DNA from: a virus
Lineage: Duplodnaviria > Caudoviricetes
IMG/VR virus record: IMGVR_UViG_3300033076_001112
Span: 1-29,331 of that record
DNA: 29,331 nt
Direction: 5' to 3' (one strand)
In this document: in pieces, positions 1 to 8,293 of the stretch
Layout of the letters: each line of letters begins with the position of its first letter
How positions within the stretch are numbered: position 1 is the stretch's first letter
Notes under the pieces: generated by a model
The model's database searches: none
What the model was told of the DNA's origin: nothing
Seen by the model: the letters and a program-made list of their open reading frames with translations, nothing else
Position numbers and translations under genes: made by a program

Positions 1-56
1 GATTATCACCAGCAGTTTTAATATTGGCTATAGTGAAATAGCTAAATGGAACTTGT

Positions 57-230
57 ACAGGAAAATTAGTCGGGGTTGATAGTACATGTATTAAATTAGA
101 AAACCCTTCTATTGTTTACGAAACTGGGAGCTTTGCTGAGAAAAAATGGAAAGATGCTCAGGCGTTGCCATCTAAATTTTTGTATATCCAAGTGGGTATG
201 ATTGAATCATTCGGTATAGTAAAACAATAG
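57..230 (+). CDS. 5'-truncated small phage protein, possible Sm/LSm-like fold
   Basis: Not in ORF track. Reads TGKLVGVDSTCIKLENPSIVYETGSFAEKKWKDAQALPSKFLYIQVGMIESFGIVKQ* and ends at TAG 228-230, just before the next RBS. No in-frame start (in-frame TAG at 39-41). The Sm-like call is inferred from motif pattern. Confidence 0.6.
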   Translation, partial: TGKLVGVDSTCIKLENPSIVYETGSFAEKKWKDAQALPSKFLYIQVGMIESFGIVKQ

Positions 231-241
231 GAAGGTATTTT

Positions 242-244
<3 letters not shown>
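219..244 (+). repeat. 26-bp direct repeat, copy 1 (GTAAAACAATAGGAAGGTATTTTATG)
   Basis: Identical to 438-463; contains upstream stop codon, RBS and ATG. Confidence 0.95.
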
Positions 245-433
<189 letters not shown>

Positions 434-437
434 TTAG

Positions 438-463
438 GTAAAACAATAGGAAGGTATTTTATG
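438..463 (+). repeat. 26-bp direct repeat, copy 2
   Basis: Identical to 219-244; supplies RBS and ATG of the 461 ORF. Confidence 0.95.
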
Positions 464-853
464 CAAATGTTAGAAGACTACCAAACATGTACACAAAATT
501 ATGACCTGCACCGCCGCGATGAAGATTTCTACCAAGATATTGAAAGCGATGTTGTAGAGGTTGGGCTTCGTGCGGAGTACGCAGAATATTTATCCGATAA
601 AAGCAACCCTCCAATTAGTTTCCTTGATTGGTGCAATGAAGGTCATCTTATAAACCTAACCGATGAGGATAAAGCTCAGATTGAAGTGGCAAAAGCCCAG
701 CGTCTAAAGGATATGCAAAAAAAGCTAGACAACTGGGCGAAAAAATCTGCTGTAGTTGATGCTGTTATAAATGAGAATGCTTTAGCAGCAAAAAGCACTT
801 ACGATGAACATTTTTTGAAAGCATTTAATCAATCAAGTTTGGGGGTGCTATGA
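461..853 (+). CDS. hypothetical phage protein with acidic N-terminal half
   Basis: 130-aa ORF with clear RBS; ATGA overlap with next gene. Confidence 0.8.
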   Translation: MQMLEDYQTCTQNYDLHRRDEDFYQDIESDVVEVGLRAEYAEYLSDKSNPPISFLDWCNEGHLINLTDEDKAQIEVAKAQRLKDMQKKLDNWAKKSAVVDAVINENALAAKSTYDEHFLKAFNQSSLGVL

Positions 854-1044
854 AGCCTTACAATCCTATTCTATATCCTAATGACAGGCTGTCAGGGCAT
901 GTTTTGCTTAAAGATGGAGCAAATAGATATTTTTTCTTCCAACTTTTTACCACGAAGCAAAAGCGTAAAGTCAAAAAGCACCTTTATGCAATATGTAAAT
1001 ATCTAAAAATCCATCCAAAGGATAAAACCAAAATTATATTTTAG
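850..1044 (+). CDS. hypothetical basic phage protein
   Basis: ATGA coupling to upstream ORF, GGGGG RBS. Confidence 0.7.
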   Translation: MKPYNPILYPNDRLSGHVLLKDGANRYFFFQLFTTKQKRKVKKHLYAICKYLKIHPKDKTKIIF

Positions 1045-1063
1045 AATTAGAGAGGATTGTTTT

Positions 1064-1192
1064 ATGACCCCAAAAAACAAACAGTTGGTGTGGATGGCGT
1101 TGGCTCTGTTTGGAGCTATTAGCCTTGGTACACTGTCAATTACAATAACCTACTTGGCATTAGCCGCCTCAGAAACATGGAAGGATAGGTAA
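1064..1192 (+). CDS. 42-aa single-TM small membrane protein
   Basis: Not in track. MTPKNKQLVWMALALFGAISLGTLSITITYLALAASETWKDR; RBS AGAGGA; stop abuts next ATG. Confidence 0.7.
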   Translation: MTPKNKQLVWMALALFGAISLGTLSITITYLALAASETWKDR

Positions 1193-1390
1193 ATGTTTGG
1201 ATTAGAGAAAATAAAAATAGCGAGAATGAAGCAGGATATTGAGCGGTTAGAAAAGAAAATTGGAGAGTTGTACAAATTGCGGGAATGCGACAGAGGCTCA
1301 CATGAATGGGAAGCTAGGCTTTCCTTTGGTAGTGTCCCGGTTAAGTATTGCGTCCACTGTGAAAAATACGATTTTGGAGAAAAGAAATGA
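1193..1390 (+). CDS. hypothetical protein, coiled coil plus possible Zn-binding motif
   Basis: C-x4-H ... CxxC pattern; coupled to both neighbours. Confidence 0.7.
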   Translation: MFGLEKIKIARMKQDIERLEKKIGELYKLRECDRGSHEWEARLSFGSVPVKYCVHCEKYDFGEKK

Positions 1391-1950
1391 AGAATAAACC
1401 GCAAATACTAGAGGGTTTGGTGGAGGAGGTGGCTAAGGCTATTTATCAAAAAGTCTCAAGTGTAGGTATTGATTGTGCTGATGCTGCCCGAGCCGCTCTG
1501 TCAGTAATTGCACCCTACTATGAGAAGCAGATTGTCCCTCTTGAAACTCTATTGCAGGATATAGCCGCCAAAGTGTCGCTAACAGAGGACGAATTTTGGG
1601 ATGATATTTATTCAAAACTGTATGATGCAGGATATATCAGGAAGGCTAGACCGATAATAAGCGTAGAAGAATTGCTGATAAAGGAACGAGATGACCACGC
1701 TAGTCAAATTTTACGCGCTCACGATATACTAAAAGAACAGAAAAAGCAGATTGAGGAGCTGAAAGCACAGACACCGATGTGGTTGCCGATTGAGAAAAAA
1801 CCAGAGACTGACGGCGATTATCTTGTTTTTATGCCAAGCCGAGAGCTTGATAAATTTTCAGTGCAATCGTGGTCTTATGAAGAGTTTAGCTTTAGCAATG
1901 ACTATGGAATAACCCATTTCATGCCCTTACCAAAACCCCCAACGGAGTAA
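1387..1950 (+). CDS. DUF551-domain (Eaa-like) phage early protein
   Basis: C-terminal WLPIEKKPETDGDYLV...ITHFMPLPKPP is the DUF551 signature. Confidence 0.8.
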   Translation: MKNKPQILEGLVEEVAKAIYQKVSSVGIDCADAARAALSVIAPYYEKQIVPLETLLQDIAAKVSLTEDEFWDDIYSKLYDAGYIRKARPIISVEELLIKERDDHASQILRAHDILKEQKKQIEELKAQTPMWLPIEKKPETDGDYLVFMPSRELDKFSVQSWSYEEFSFSNDYGITHFMPLPKPPTE

Positions 1951-1955
1951 ATAAT

Positions 1956-2159
1956 ATGCCATATTGTGATGTTTATAGAGTGCGAAAAACTTTGTTTGGA
2001 AAAAGCATTTTGCAACAGTATTTTAACGGCGATGCAATTTCAGCACCATGCAACTCCTCTGGTTGGGTAGATGTGGCGTTTAAAAACGCTCCAGCAGCAT
2101 TTCATAAAAGCAAGCTACTAAATCGTGAAGAGGCGGCATTGTGCAGTTTTAATTTGTAG
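1956..2159 (+). CDS. hypothetical phage protein
   Basis: GGAG RBS, tight packing. Confidence 0.65.
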   Translation: MPYCDVYRVRKTLFGKSILQQYFNGDAISAPCNSSGWVDVAFKNAPAAFHKSKLLNREEAALCSFNL

Positions 2160-2187
2160 CCCCAACAGGCAGTAAAGGACAAATAAC

Positions 2188-2511
2188 ATGACACTACAGG
2201 AACAGATTGATAGGATTTTGGAGCTTGACGCGAAACGCCAGCAGGGGGAATGGGTAGCAGAAGAAGGGGATTGCAACATAGACCTTGGAGAGCATGGGGC
2301 GATTTATGATGAGGGAGGGCATACTGAAGAAGATGCTCAATTTATTGCCTCCGCTCCAACTATGGTAGAAATCATCCGCAAACAATCCGAGATGCTGAAG
2401 GTGGCGAAGGAGGCAATCCTCCGTGCTTTAACAGAAGCGCGACAAATAATCCTAGATGACTTGGGAACGGAAATAGAAAGTATTGAAGAAGCCTTAAAAA
2501 TCTTACAATAG
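2188..2511 (+). CDS. Ead/Ea22-like phage early protein
   Basis: GEW...EDAQFIASAP motif resembles the Ead/Ea22 family; AAGGA RBS. Confidence 0.6.
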   Translation: MTLQEQIDRILELDAKRQQGEWVAEEGDCNIDLGEHGAIYDEGGHTEEDAQFIASAPTMVEIIRKQSEMLKVAKEAILRALTEARQIILDDLGTEIESIEEALKILQ

Positions 2512-2519
2512 GAGTATCT

Positions 2520-2867
2520 ATGACAGTCACAACTCACGCCGACCATGTGCGTTTCAAGCAACAGGTTGATAAACAGCAAGTATCTGCCGCCAGATTTTGC
2601 AGATACTTAGTGGATGACCCAGAATGGACTAATGTGGAGAGAGTAAGAATAAAAGAAGCACTTAAACAACTTGAAAAGATAAATACAATTATGAACAACG
2701 AAGTTTATAAAAACCCTCTAGGCTTAAAAACCAAGATGCTGCTTATTGACTTATACAGTGGCGCATATGGATATGAAAAGGCTAAAATCATAGCCGATAT
2801 TGGACTGACTGCAATTAACGACTTATTACAGCGCGAAAAACCATTTGAGGAGATAGAAAATGACTAG
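2520..2867 (+). CDS. hypothetical phage protein
   Basis: AGGAG RBS, operon context. Confidence 0.75.
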   Translation: MTVTTHADHVRFKQQVDKQQVSAARFCRYLVDDPEWTNVERVRIKEALKQLEKINTIMNNEVYKNPLGLKTKMLLIDLYSGAYGYEKAKIIADIGLTAINDLLQREKPFEEIEND

Positions 2868-3096
2868 AGAGGACTTATTGATGATGCTACGCAGCTTATC
2901 CTCATTGGAAGGGTATATGTGGAGAGCAGACCTAGGCTCAGAAGTGTTTGAGGCATACATCCATCCATGCGTGAATATAATTTTGAAGGAACTGGAAAAT
3001 GAAACAAGCAACGTTAACAACCACGAACACTGTCTGCATCTATGGAAGAAACGAGGGGCGCAGCCAGAAATGCCCCCCGATAGAATTAGTAGGTAG
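2860..3096 (+). CDS. hypothetical phage protein
   Basis: GAGGAG RBS, 8-bp overlap with upstream ORF. Confidence 0.7.
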   Translation: MTREDLLMMLRSLSSLEGYMWRADLGSEVFEAYIHPCVNIILKELENETSNVNNHEHCLHLWKKRGAQPEMPPDRISR

Positions 3097-3099
3097 AAT

Positions 3100-3180
3100 A
3101 TGAAGCCTAGCACCTGTGTTGCGTTAGTTAGTGCGTTTGTATTGCTTAGTTTAGCCAATTCTACAAAGAAGGGAAAATAA
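3100..3180 (+). CDS. 26-aa hydrophobic micropeptide
   Basis: Not in track. MKPSTCVALVSAFVLLSLANSTKKGK fills the gap between 3096 and 3182. Confidence 0.4.
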   Translation: MKPSTCVALVSAFVLLSLANSTKKGK

Positions 3181-3181
3181 C

Positions 3182-3496
3182 ATGAATATTGATTTGCGTG
3201 AGTCAATTTTTTCATTAATTGGATACTGCCAGAGCTTGAAAATTGGTGATGTAGTCACAGAACGATACATCGCTAATCTGGATGAACACTATATTAAGAA
3301 TTTAGAGGAGGCTATGAAAACAATGAATACAGAAGAACGCTTGTTAATTATTGAAAAACAGTTGGATGATTTTCAAGATTTTATGCGCGAAAGCGGCGAT
3401 ATTTGGAAGCAGATAAAACCCATGTTTGAGCAGTGGAAACGCGAAAAAGCGGCTAGAATTCGCAAAGGACAGGTTCACTTAAACTTAGGAGAATAA
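3182..3496 (+). CDS. hypothetical phage protein (possible internal start near 3312-3323)
   Basis: AAGGG RBS; internal GAGGAGG precedes in-frame ATGs. Confidence 0.7.
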   Translation: MNIDLRESIFSLIGYCQSLKIGDVVTERYIANLDEHYIKNLEEAMKTMNTEERLLIIEKQLDDFQDFMRESGDIWKQIKPMFEQWKREKAARIRKGQVHLNLGE

Positions 3497-3499
3497 ATC

Positions 3500-3658
3500 A
3501 TGTGCATAAACGCTATAATTGATAATCAACTGGATTATGCTGAAAAGGTGGAAAAACCATTTGTTGTTTCAAAAGAGGAAAGACAAGCTTTCTATATTAG
3601 AAAAGCAAAGGCTAACCCAGTAGTCCAAGAATACAATCCATACGCGGATGAGCTATAA
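3500..3658 (+). CDS. 52-aa hypothetical protein
   Basis: Not in track. MCINAIIDNQLDYAEKVEKPFVVSKEERQAFYIRKAKANPVVQEYNPYADEL; AGGAG RBS. Confidence 0.7.
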   Translation: MCINAIIDNQLDYAEKVEKPFVVSKEERQAFYIRKAKANPVVQEYNPYADEL

Positions 3659-3688
3659 AAAAGACCTCCGATGCAGAAGCATCGGAGG
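3657..3688 (-). terminator. Rho-independent terminator of the leftward late operon
   Basis: 10-bp perfect stem CCTCCGATGC/GCATCGGAGG, 4-nt loop, U-tract on minus strand; lies where the two operons converge. Confidence 0.85.
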
Positions 3689-3732
3689 CAAGTATTAGGG
3701 CGTCAATACATGAAGCGGACTAAATATTACTC

Positions 3733-3798
3733 TCATTTGATAGCAAGTGCAAGTAAAATTGCAAAGGCGATAACCCCAAAATTAAAAATAAAACTCAT
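3733..3798 (-). CDS. 21-aa hydrophobic peptide coupled to the holin
   Basis: MSFIFNFGVIAFAILLALAIK; ATG overlaps holin TGA (ATGA). Confidence 0.45.
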   Translation of the reverse strand: MSFIFNFGVIAFAILLALAIK

Positions 3799-4217
3799 TT
3801 CGCGCCTTTTACTTTCTCCACTGTTCGCAATGCGCCAAGTCCTAGCATGCCCATCATAACAGTTAGTAGGGATTGCATGTCAAAAACTGGGAGTGTTACT
3901 ATATAGCCAAATAGGGCGCATATAAAAGCCATAAAAGGCTGTACCACAAAATGATAGGCAAAGGCAACGCCACATGTCCAGCCGATGAATGGTCGCCAGC
4001 CTGCGACAAAGAGATTATCGCTTTTGGCTTCTTCAACATTGATTGCCTGCTGCCCTTTTGCAAGGTCGGTTTCTGACGCTAGCTTTGCCAGTTCGCCATT
4101 TTGTTGCAGCTCCGCAAGCTTAGTTTGAGCCTCTAGCCTATCTTTTGGGTTAGGGAAAATACGCTCCAACACGCCATTAGCGAAGTTAAAGATACCATCA
4201 AGTCCGATTATTGCCAT
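3795..4217 (-). CDS. Holin of the 3-TM GTA-type family (DUF3154)
   Basis: GWRPFIGWTCG motif, C-terminal GMLGLGALRTVEK, adjacent to endolysin. Confidence 0.88.
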   Translation of the reverse strand: MAIIGLDGIFNFANGVLERIFPNPKDRLEAQTKLAELQQNGELAKLASETDLAKGQQAINVEEAKSDNLFVAGWRPFIGWTCGVAFAYHFVVQPFMAFICALFGYIVTLPVFDMQSLLTVMMGMLGLGALRTVEKVKGAK

Positions 4218-4220
4218 AAC

Positions 4221-4595
4221 TCAATCCTTCAGTTGAAAATGCGGTTTATCTGGAAAGCTTTTCCAATCTCCGCCCCATTCCAGCCCCAAGTCGCGCGCGA
4301 TTTTTCCCATTCTGTTGTATTTGCTGACATCGCGCCACAGACAGTTATTGCCCTGCATAGGGACAGCGTCAAAAGCTCTGGAAGCTGGCTTGCCTTCGCT
4401 GTCCACGCAGTTATGCTTGCTATTGGGAAATTTTAGCTTGCTCTTACCCTCGGCAACCGCCTTGTTCTGTTCATCATCGCCGCGCCAAGTGCAGTATATC
4501 ATTGCATCTATGCCCGCTTCCGCGCATTGCTCCACGAACTTCAGCGCGATAGGTTGTAGTTCAGGGCATAAATCTTCTATCCTACGACTTGGCAT
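4221..4595 (-). CDS. Endolysin, peptidase M15 (L-Ala-D-Glu peptidase-like)
   Basis: R..EQ, SKH, AFD, WGGDWKSFPDKPHFQL motifs. Confidence 0.92.
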   Translation of the reverse strand: MPSRRIEDLCPELQPIALKFVEQCAEAGIDAMIYCTWRGDDEQNKAVAEGKSKLKFPNSKHNCVDSEGKPASRAFDAVPMQGNNCLWRDVSKYNRMGKIARDLGLEWGGDWKSFPDKPHFQLKD

Positions 4596-4601
4596 AAATC
4601 C

Positions 4602-4772
4602 TTAATTGATAACAATTTTGCTTAATTCAGCAATATTTAAGGTTAAAATCTTAGCAGTATCACCATGCGAAGCAGAGTTAACTGCATCCTGAAGCTTCAT
4701 TGCCATTTCTACCTGCCTCCCAGTAAATGCGCCAAATTGAAACGCGAAGCATAAAGTCAAAACTAAAACTAT
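4602..4772 (-). CDS. small membrane protein in lysis cassette (start uncertain)
   Basis: 3' part of track ORF 4602-4934: IVLVLTLCFAFQFGAF TM segment; fills the gap between 4769 and the endolysin. Confidence 0.5.
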   Translation of the reverse strand: MVLVLTLCFAFQFGAFTGRQVEMAMKLQDAVNSASHGDTAKILTLNIAELSKIVIN

Positions 4773-5050
4773 TTTGCTGCTTTTATTAACTCTCCGAGCA
4801 AAGACGCTATCTGCTTTGCGAGTGAGGGGTTGTAAAGTAAAAAACCGAAACAGCAAAGTACAACGCCCGCAAGTGCGCCTGCGGTCAATAGCGGCAACGC
4901 TGCTCTCTTGAGATTTGTAAGCTCTTTTTGCCATGTCTCTACACCTTCAATGCGTTTATGGTGGTCATCAAGCCTCTTATTGGCTTGCTTCCGCCATTCT
5001 TCAAGTTGCCCAAGCTCTCGCGCAATTTGCAAATCTTCCTTATTCGCCAC
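4769..5050 (-). CDS. coiled-coil plus single-TM protein, holin/antiholin-like
   Basis: N-terminal coiled coil and C-terminal TM helix; first gene of lysis cassette; GTG start after AAGGA. Confidence 0.65.
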   Translation of the reverse strand: MANKEDLQIARELGQLEEWRKQANKRLDDHHKRIEGVETWQKELTNLKRAALPLLTAGALAGVVLCCFGFLLYNPSLAKQIASLLGELIKAAK

Positions 5051-5063
5051 ATCATATTATCCT

Positions 5064-6449
5064 TTATTCGTAAAATTTAACTTGAGCGCAAACAGCAGGA
5101 TTGCCACCCGACATACTTATTTTAACCCTGTGACTTGAATATCCATTGCTAGATATAATGCCGTTTATGTAAGACTTATAAATAGCATTCGCATCTGCAA
5201 AAGTATCTGTATGCAAATCCACCACTTGACTTGTGAAGTTATCATTTGAGCCTTGTAAGGTGATGATGATATTATTGGCAGATTGCGTACTATCTAATCC
5301 AAAATCGGAAGAGCCATAAATCTCATATTTACGGATGATTTTACCAACTCCCCATGATTTACCTATATAGCTAGTAGTTCCTGAAAGCGGCTCGCGGGCG
5401 CAATTATTCCATACTTTAGAAGTAATACCATCAAACGCAGCAGCTAATCCGCCATTACCAGTTAGTGTGCCTATATTCATCCCGCCAGTGAGCAAGGTAT
5501 AAGTAGGTGGGGTGACAGTATTACCACCGCGCATAGCATTGACTTTATTCCCAGTTCCAAGGTCGCTTATGCTAACATTGCTAGGATGGTCAGTCTCCAG
5601 TATGTTGTTGCGTGAACCAGCCGATAAGACAATTGTTGTCGCATCGTCATTATACTCTTGATACGCGACATGGAGACGGCTATCAAACCCGCCAAAATAC
5701 AAAGAATAACTAGGCTCTGCTGAAAGAGGTTGTTTGGCTTCCACTTGCAACATTAGGTTTGAATAACTGCATCCCGCTACGCCTGTTGCGGTTTCAGCCA
5801 CATAGAAAATATGCTGCGCCCATTGACCATCAAACCCTTCCACAATCGTTCCATGCGCTCCGCCGCTTCCATTGCATAAGGTTAAATCGTCTTGGGCATA
5901 TGCCTTATAATGGGCATAAGAACGACAATTTTTTATAACATTGCCAACGCCGCCGCAATATTGCGTGTCGCAAGTGCCAAGCACCCAGCCATAGCCTTGC
6001 AGTTTATTAGCGTCAATATTAGAATACAGGTCGCCATTTACTGTGATAACCCGCTCAAAAACCGAACGCGATATATTCCGCAAATCCATAGCAATCTGGC
6101 GATAATTGCCAGTTGAAAAAACGGCGGGATGGTTAAGCTGGATGACGAAATCAGCCGCATAGCCATATGACACATATTGCCCAGCGACAGGCGGATTTCG
6201 CTTGATTACAGAGCCTTTAGTATAAGCACCTAACTGCGCCAGCGTTGCGCCTTTTGGCGAAGCCTTTAATATGCTGCTTTCACCTTCACCAGTAAGATGG
6301 AAACCATTAGGCAAAACTATGCCTATGTCAGGGTCAATTTCAAATACACCGCTAGGGATATACGCACTTTTGGCAATTGCCAGCGCAGCATTGAACGCTG
6401 GCAGATTTACTACTCCATTTTGTGCAAAATCAGCTATGTTGATTGTCAT
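5064..6449 (-). CDS. Tailspike-like beta-helix protein with C-terminal discoidin/F5-8-like domain
   Basis: AFNAAL...YIPSGVFEI...LPNGFHLTGEG..SILK pectate-lyase-like N-terminus; AFDG..W...LQGSND C-terminus. Confidence 0.75.
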   Translation of the reverse strand: MTINIADFAQNGVVNLPAFNAALAIAKSAYIPSGVFEIDPDIGIVLPNGFHLTGEGESSILKASPKGATLAQLGAYTKGSVIKRNPPVAGQYVSYGYAADFVIQLNHPAVFSTGNYRQIAMDLRNISRSVFERVITVNGDLYSNIDANKLQGYGWVLGTCDTQYCGGVGNVIKNCRSYAHYKAYAQDDLTLCNGSGGAHGTIVEGFDGQWAQHIFYVAETATGVAGCSYSNLMLQVEAKQPLSAEPSYSLYFGGFDSRLHVAYQEYNDDATTIVLSAGSRNNILETDHPSNVSISDLGTGNKVNAMRGGNTVTPPTYTLLTGGMNIGTLTGNGGLAAAFDGITSKVWNNCAREPLSGTTSYIGKSWGVGKIIRKYEIYGSSDFGLDSTQSANNIIITLQGSNDNFTSQVVDLHTDTFADANAIYKSYINGIISSNGYSSHRVKISMSGGNPAVCAQVKFYE

Positions 6450-6460
6450 ATTATCTTCTC

Positions 6461-7921
6461 CTAATATGTTAAACTATTAGCACCCAAAGCACCTTTGAAA
6501 ATACAGTTTTTATAATAATTGGTAGCACCAGCAGCACCCCCTGTATCTGTATATAAAGAATAATAAGGCGATGCAGAGCTACTGCCAGATTGAGATATAC
6601 AGCTATCAATCCAATTCCCTGTATTTGCTGGGGTGTTTTGGTTTGTTCCAAAATCAGCAGGATATGCCGTGCCCCCTTGTGCTATATCTCCTATGCTGTC
6701 AGAGTGTGACGCACCAACATTCCATAACTGCGACCCCAAAACTGGAGCAACAGTCCACCCCTGACAATAATGGAAACTGTCATTTATTGATACACCACGA
6801 CAACTATCATGTATTGTCAACGCATTACTTGAGCGGGAGTTACTGCCCGTAATTGTCTGTCTACCAGTAAAGCTACTACCGAAATAAATTCCATAGTTAT
6901 TAATGGAAATCATAAATGGAACTTTTGTAGGGTCAGCACTAGCCAATCTAACATGACTTGTAAACCCATCATTTTGTGCTTTAGCAAAAGTACAATTCTG
7001 AGCTACAACCATATCTACATCGTAACCAATAAGAAGCCCAACATCAGAGAATGGGTCAGCATTTGCAGAATACTTAAAGGTGCAATTATTAAATACCATA
7101 CGGCCAGTTAGATTATTCTGACATAAAAATGTACCATCACCACCACCTTCAAAATCAAATCCTTCAATATACATGTTGCCAGATGAAGTGCAGCGCGGGC
7201 CACCATTTACATTAATCATAACCCTTGTATTAGAGGTTGTAACAACAGCACCATCAGAACGATTTGCATATACATTTGTTCCATCAGTATACCAAGTTCC
7301 TTGAGTTGCACGACAATTAGCCAAACTACTAGCGAAAGTTAATTCATTATAATTACCATAAGTATCAAGGTTTAATAAATCAAAGCATCTTTGCCCCTTA
7401 GTGCTGGCGTATGTATAGGTTGTACCTGTATCTAAAGCCCACGCTGTAGTATTACACATGGAACTAACAACACGCCCACCGACTGCGATAAATGCACAGG
7501 TTTGCGATGGTATAACTGCTCCAGATGCGCCGCCAAAGGAAGCCGCTAAAGCATAAGTTCCAGCCGCAACATAAACTATATAAGGCACTGCTGCCGTATT
7601 CCCCGCAGTTATCGCGCCATTGATTGTAGCTTTCGCTAAAGCCCAAGTTAAACCACTATTTACATCACTTCCGCCTGTAGCATTTACATAGTATGTTATG
7701 GCGTTGGATGCCGTAAATGCTGTGTTTGGAGCAACTTTTCTCCAGTCAAAATTAGTCAATACTCTGCCAGAGCCATCCTTCCATACATCAAAAGGGAAGT
7801 ACGCCTTAAATTTAGTTGCATCAAATCCACCATTAGATGGCAATGATATAATACTGGGGGATGGGTCTGGAATATTTATACCTAGAGCATTAGCAACTCC
7901 ATTATTCAATATAATTGTCAT
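6461..7921 (-). CDS. Tail spike/fibre, parallel beta-helix putative depolymerase
   Basis: YYVNATGGSDVNSGLTWALAKATINGAI...IVYVAAGTY motif typical of pectin-lyase-fold proteins; FNNCTF-type repeats. Confidence 0.72.
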   Translation of the reverse strand: MTIILNNGVANALGINIPDPSPSIISLPSNGGFDATKFKAYFPFDVWKDGSGRVLTNFDWRKVAPNTAFTASNAITYYVNATGGSDVNSGLTWALAKATINGAITAGNTAAVPYIVYVAAGTYALAASFGGASGAVIPSQTCAFIAVGGRVVSSMCNTTAWALDTGTTYTYASTKGQRCFDLLNLDTYGNYNELTFASSLANCRATQGTWYTDGTNVYANRSDGAVVTTSNTRVMINVNGGPRCTSSGNMYIEGFDFEGGGDGTFLCQNNLTGRMVFNNCTFKYSANADPFSDVGLLIGYDVDMVVAQNCTFAKAQNDGFTSHVRLASADPTKVPFMISINNYGIYFGSSFTGRQTITGSNSRSSNALTIHDSCRGVSINDSFHYCQGWTVAPVLGSQLWNVGASHSDSIGDIAQGGTAYPADFGTNQNTPANTGNWIDSCISQSGSSSASPYYSLYTDTGGAAGATNYYKNCIFKGALGANSLTY

Positions 7922-7932
7922 ATTAAGTCCTC

Positions 7933-8280
7933 TTATGGATTAGAAATTGCGCCATTAGCTACCACTGTAATCGCGGCGGATGTTCCAGATATTGCAGTGA
8001 CTTTAGCTCTCCAAAAACCCCATGGGGCTTCAGTAGTGAGGCCATCACTAAATGTTGTTGTTCCTGATAAAGGAATAGTTCCAGCAACAGTATTACAAGC
8101 ATTAACGCCATCATTTGACACTTCTATAGTCACCGTCCCAGCTATTGCGCCAGTTCCTGTTTCTAACGCTTGGAATGATATTGCGTTTCCTATATCAGGG
8201 GCTCTTTTGAACCATGCTCCCGTTGAAGTTGTAGTCACTGCATTTAATAAAATTACAGTTGCCATATTTTTACCTTTCAA
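7933..8280 (-). CDS. small beta-rich virion protein, possible spike adaptor (likely start 8265)
   Basis: Thr/Gly-rich, IEVSNDG...WRAKVT pattern, lies between fibre genes. Confidence 0.6.
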   Translation of the reverse strand: MKGKNMATVILLNAVTTTSTGAWFKRAPDIGNAISFQALETGTGAIAGTVTIEVSNDGVNACNTVAGTIPLSGTTTFSDGLTTEAPWGFWRAKVTAISGTSAAITVVANGAISNP

Positions 8281-8293
8281 AGTTAATTAATGT

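Noticed and set aside
3671-3859. Plus-strand 62-aa ORF
   Set aside because: Starts inside the terminator hairpin and is antisense to the holin end
4773-4934. N-terminal half of track ORF 4602-4934 as an embedded o-spanin
   Set aside because: No signal peptide or lipobox; overlaps the better-supported 4769-5050 gene
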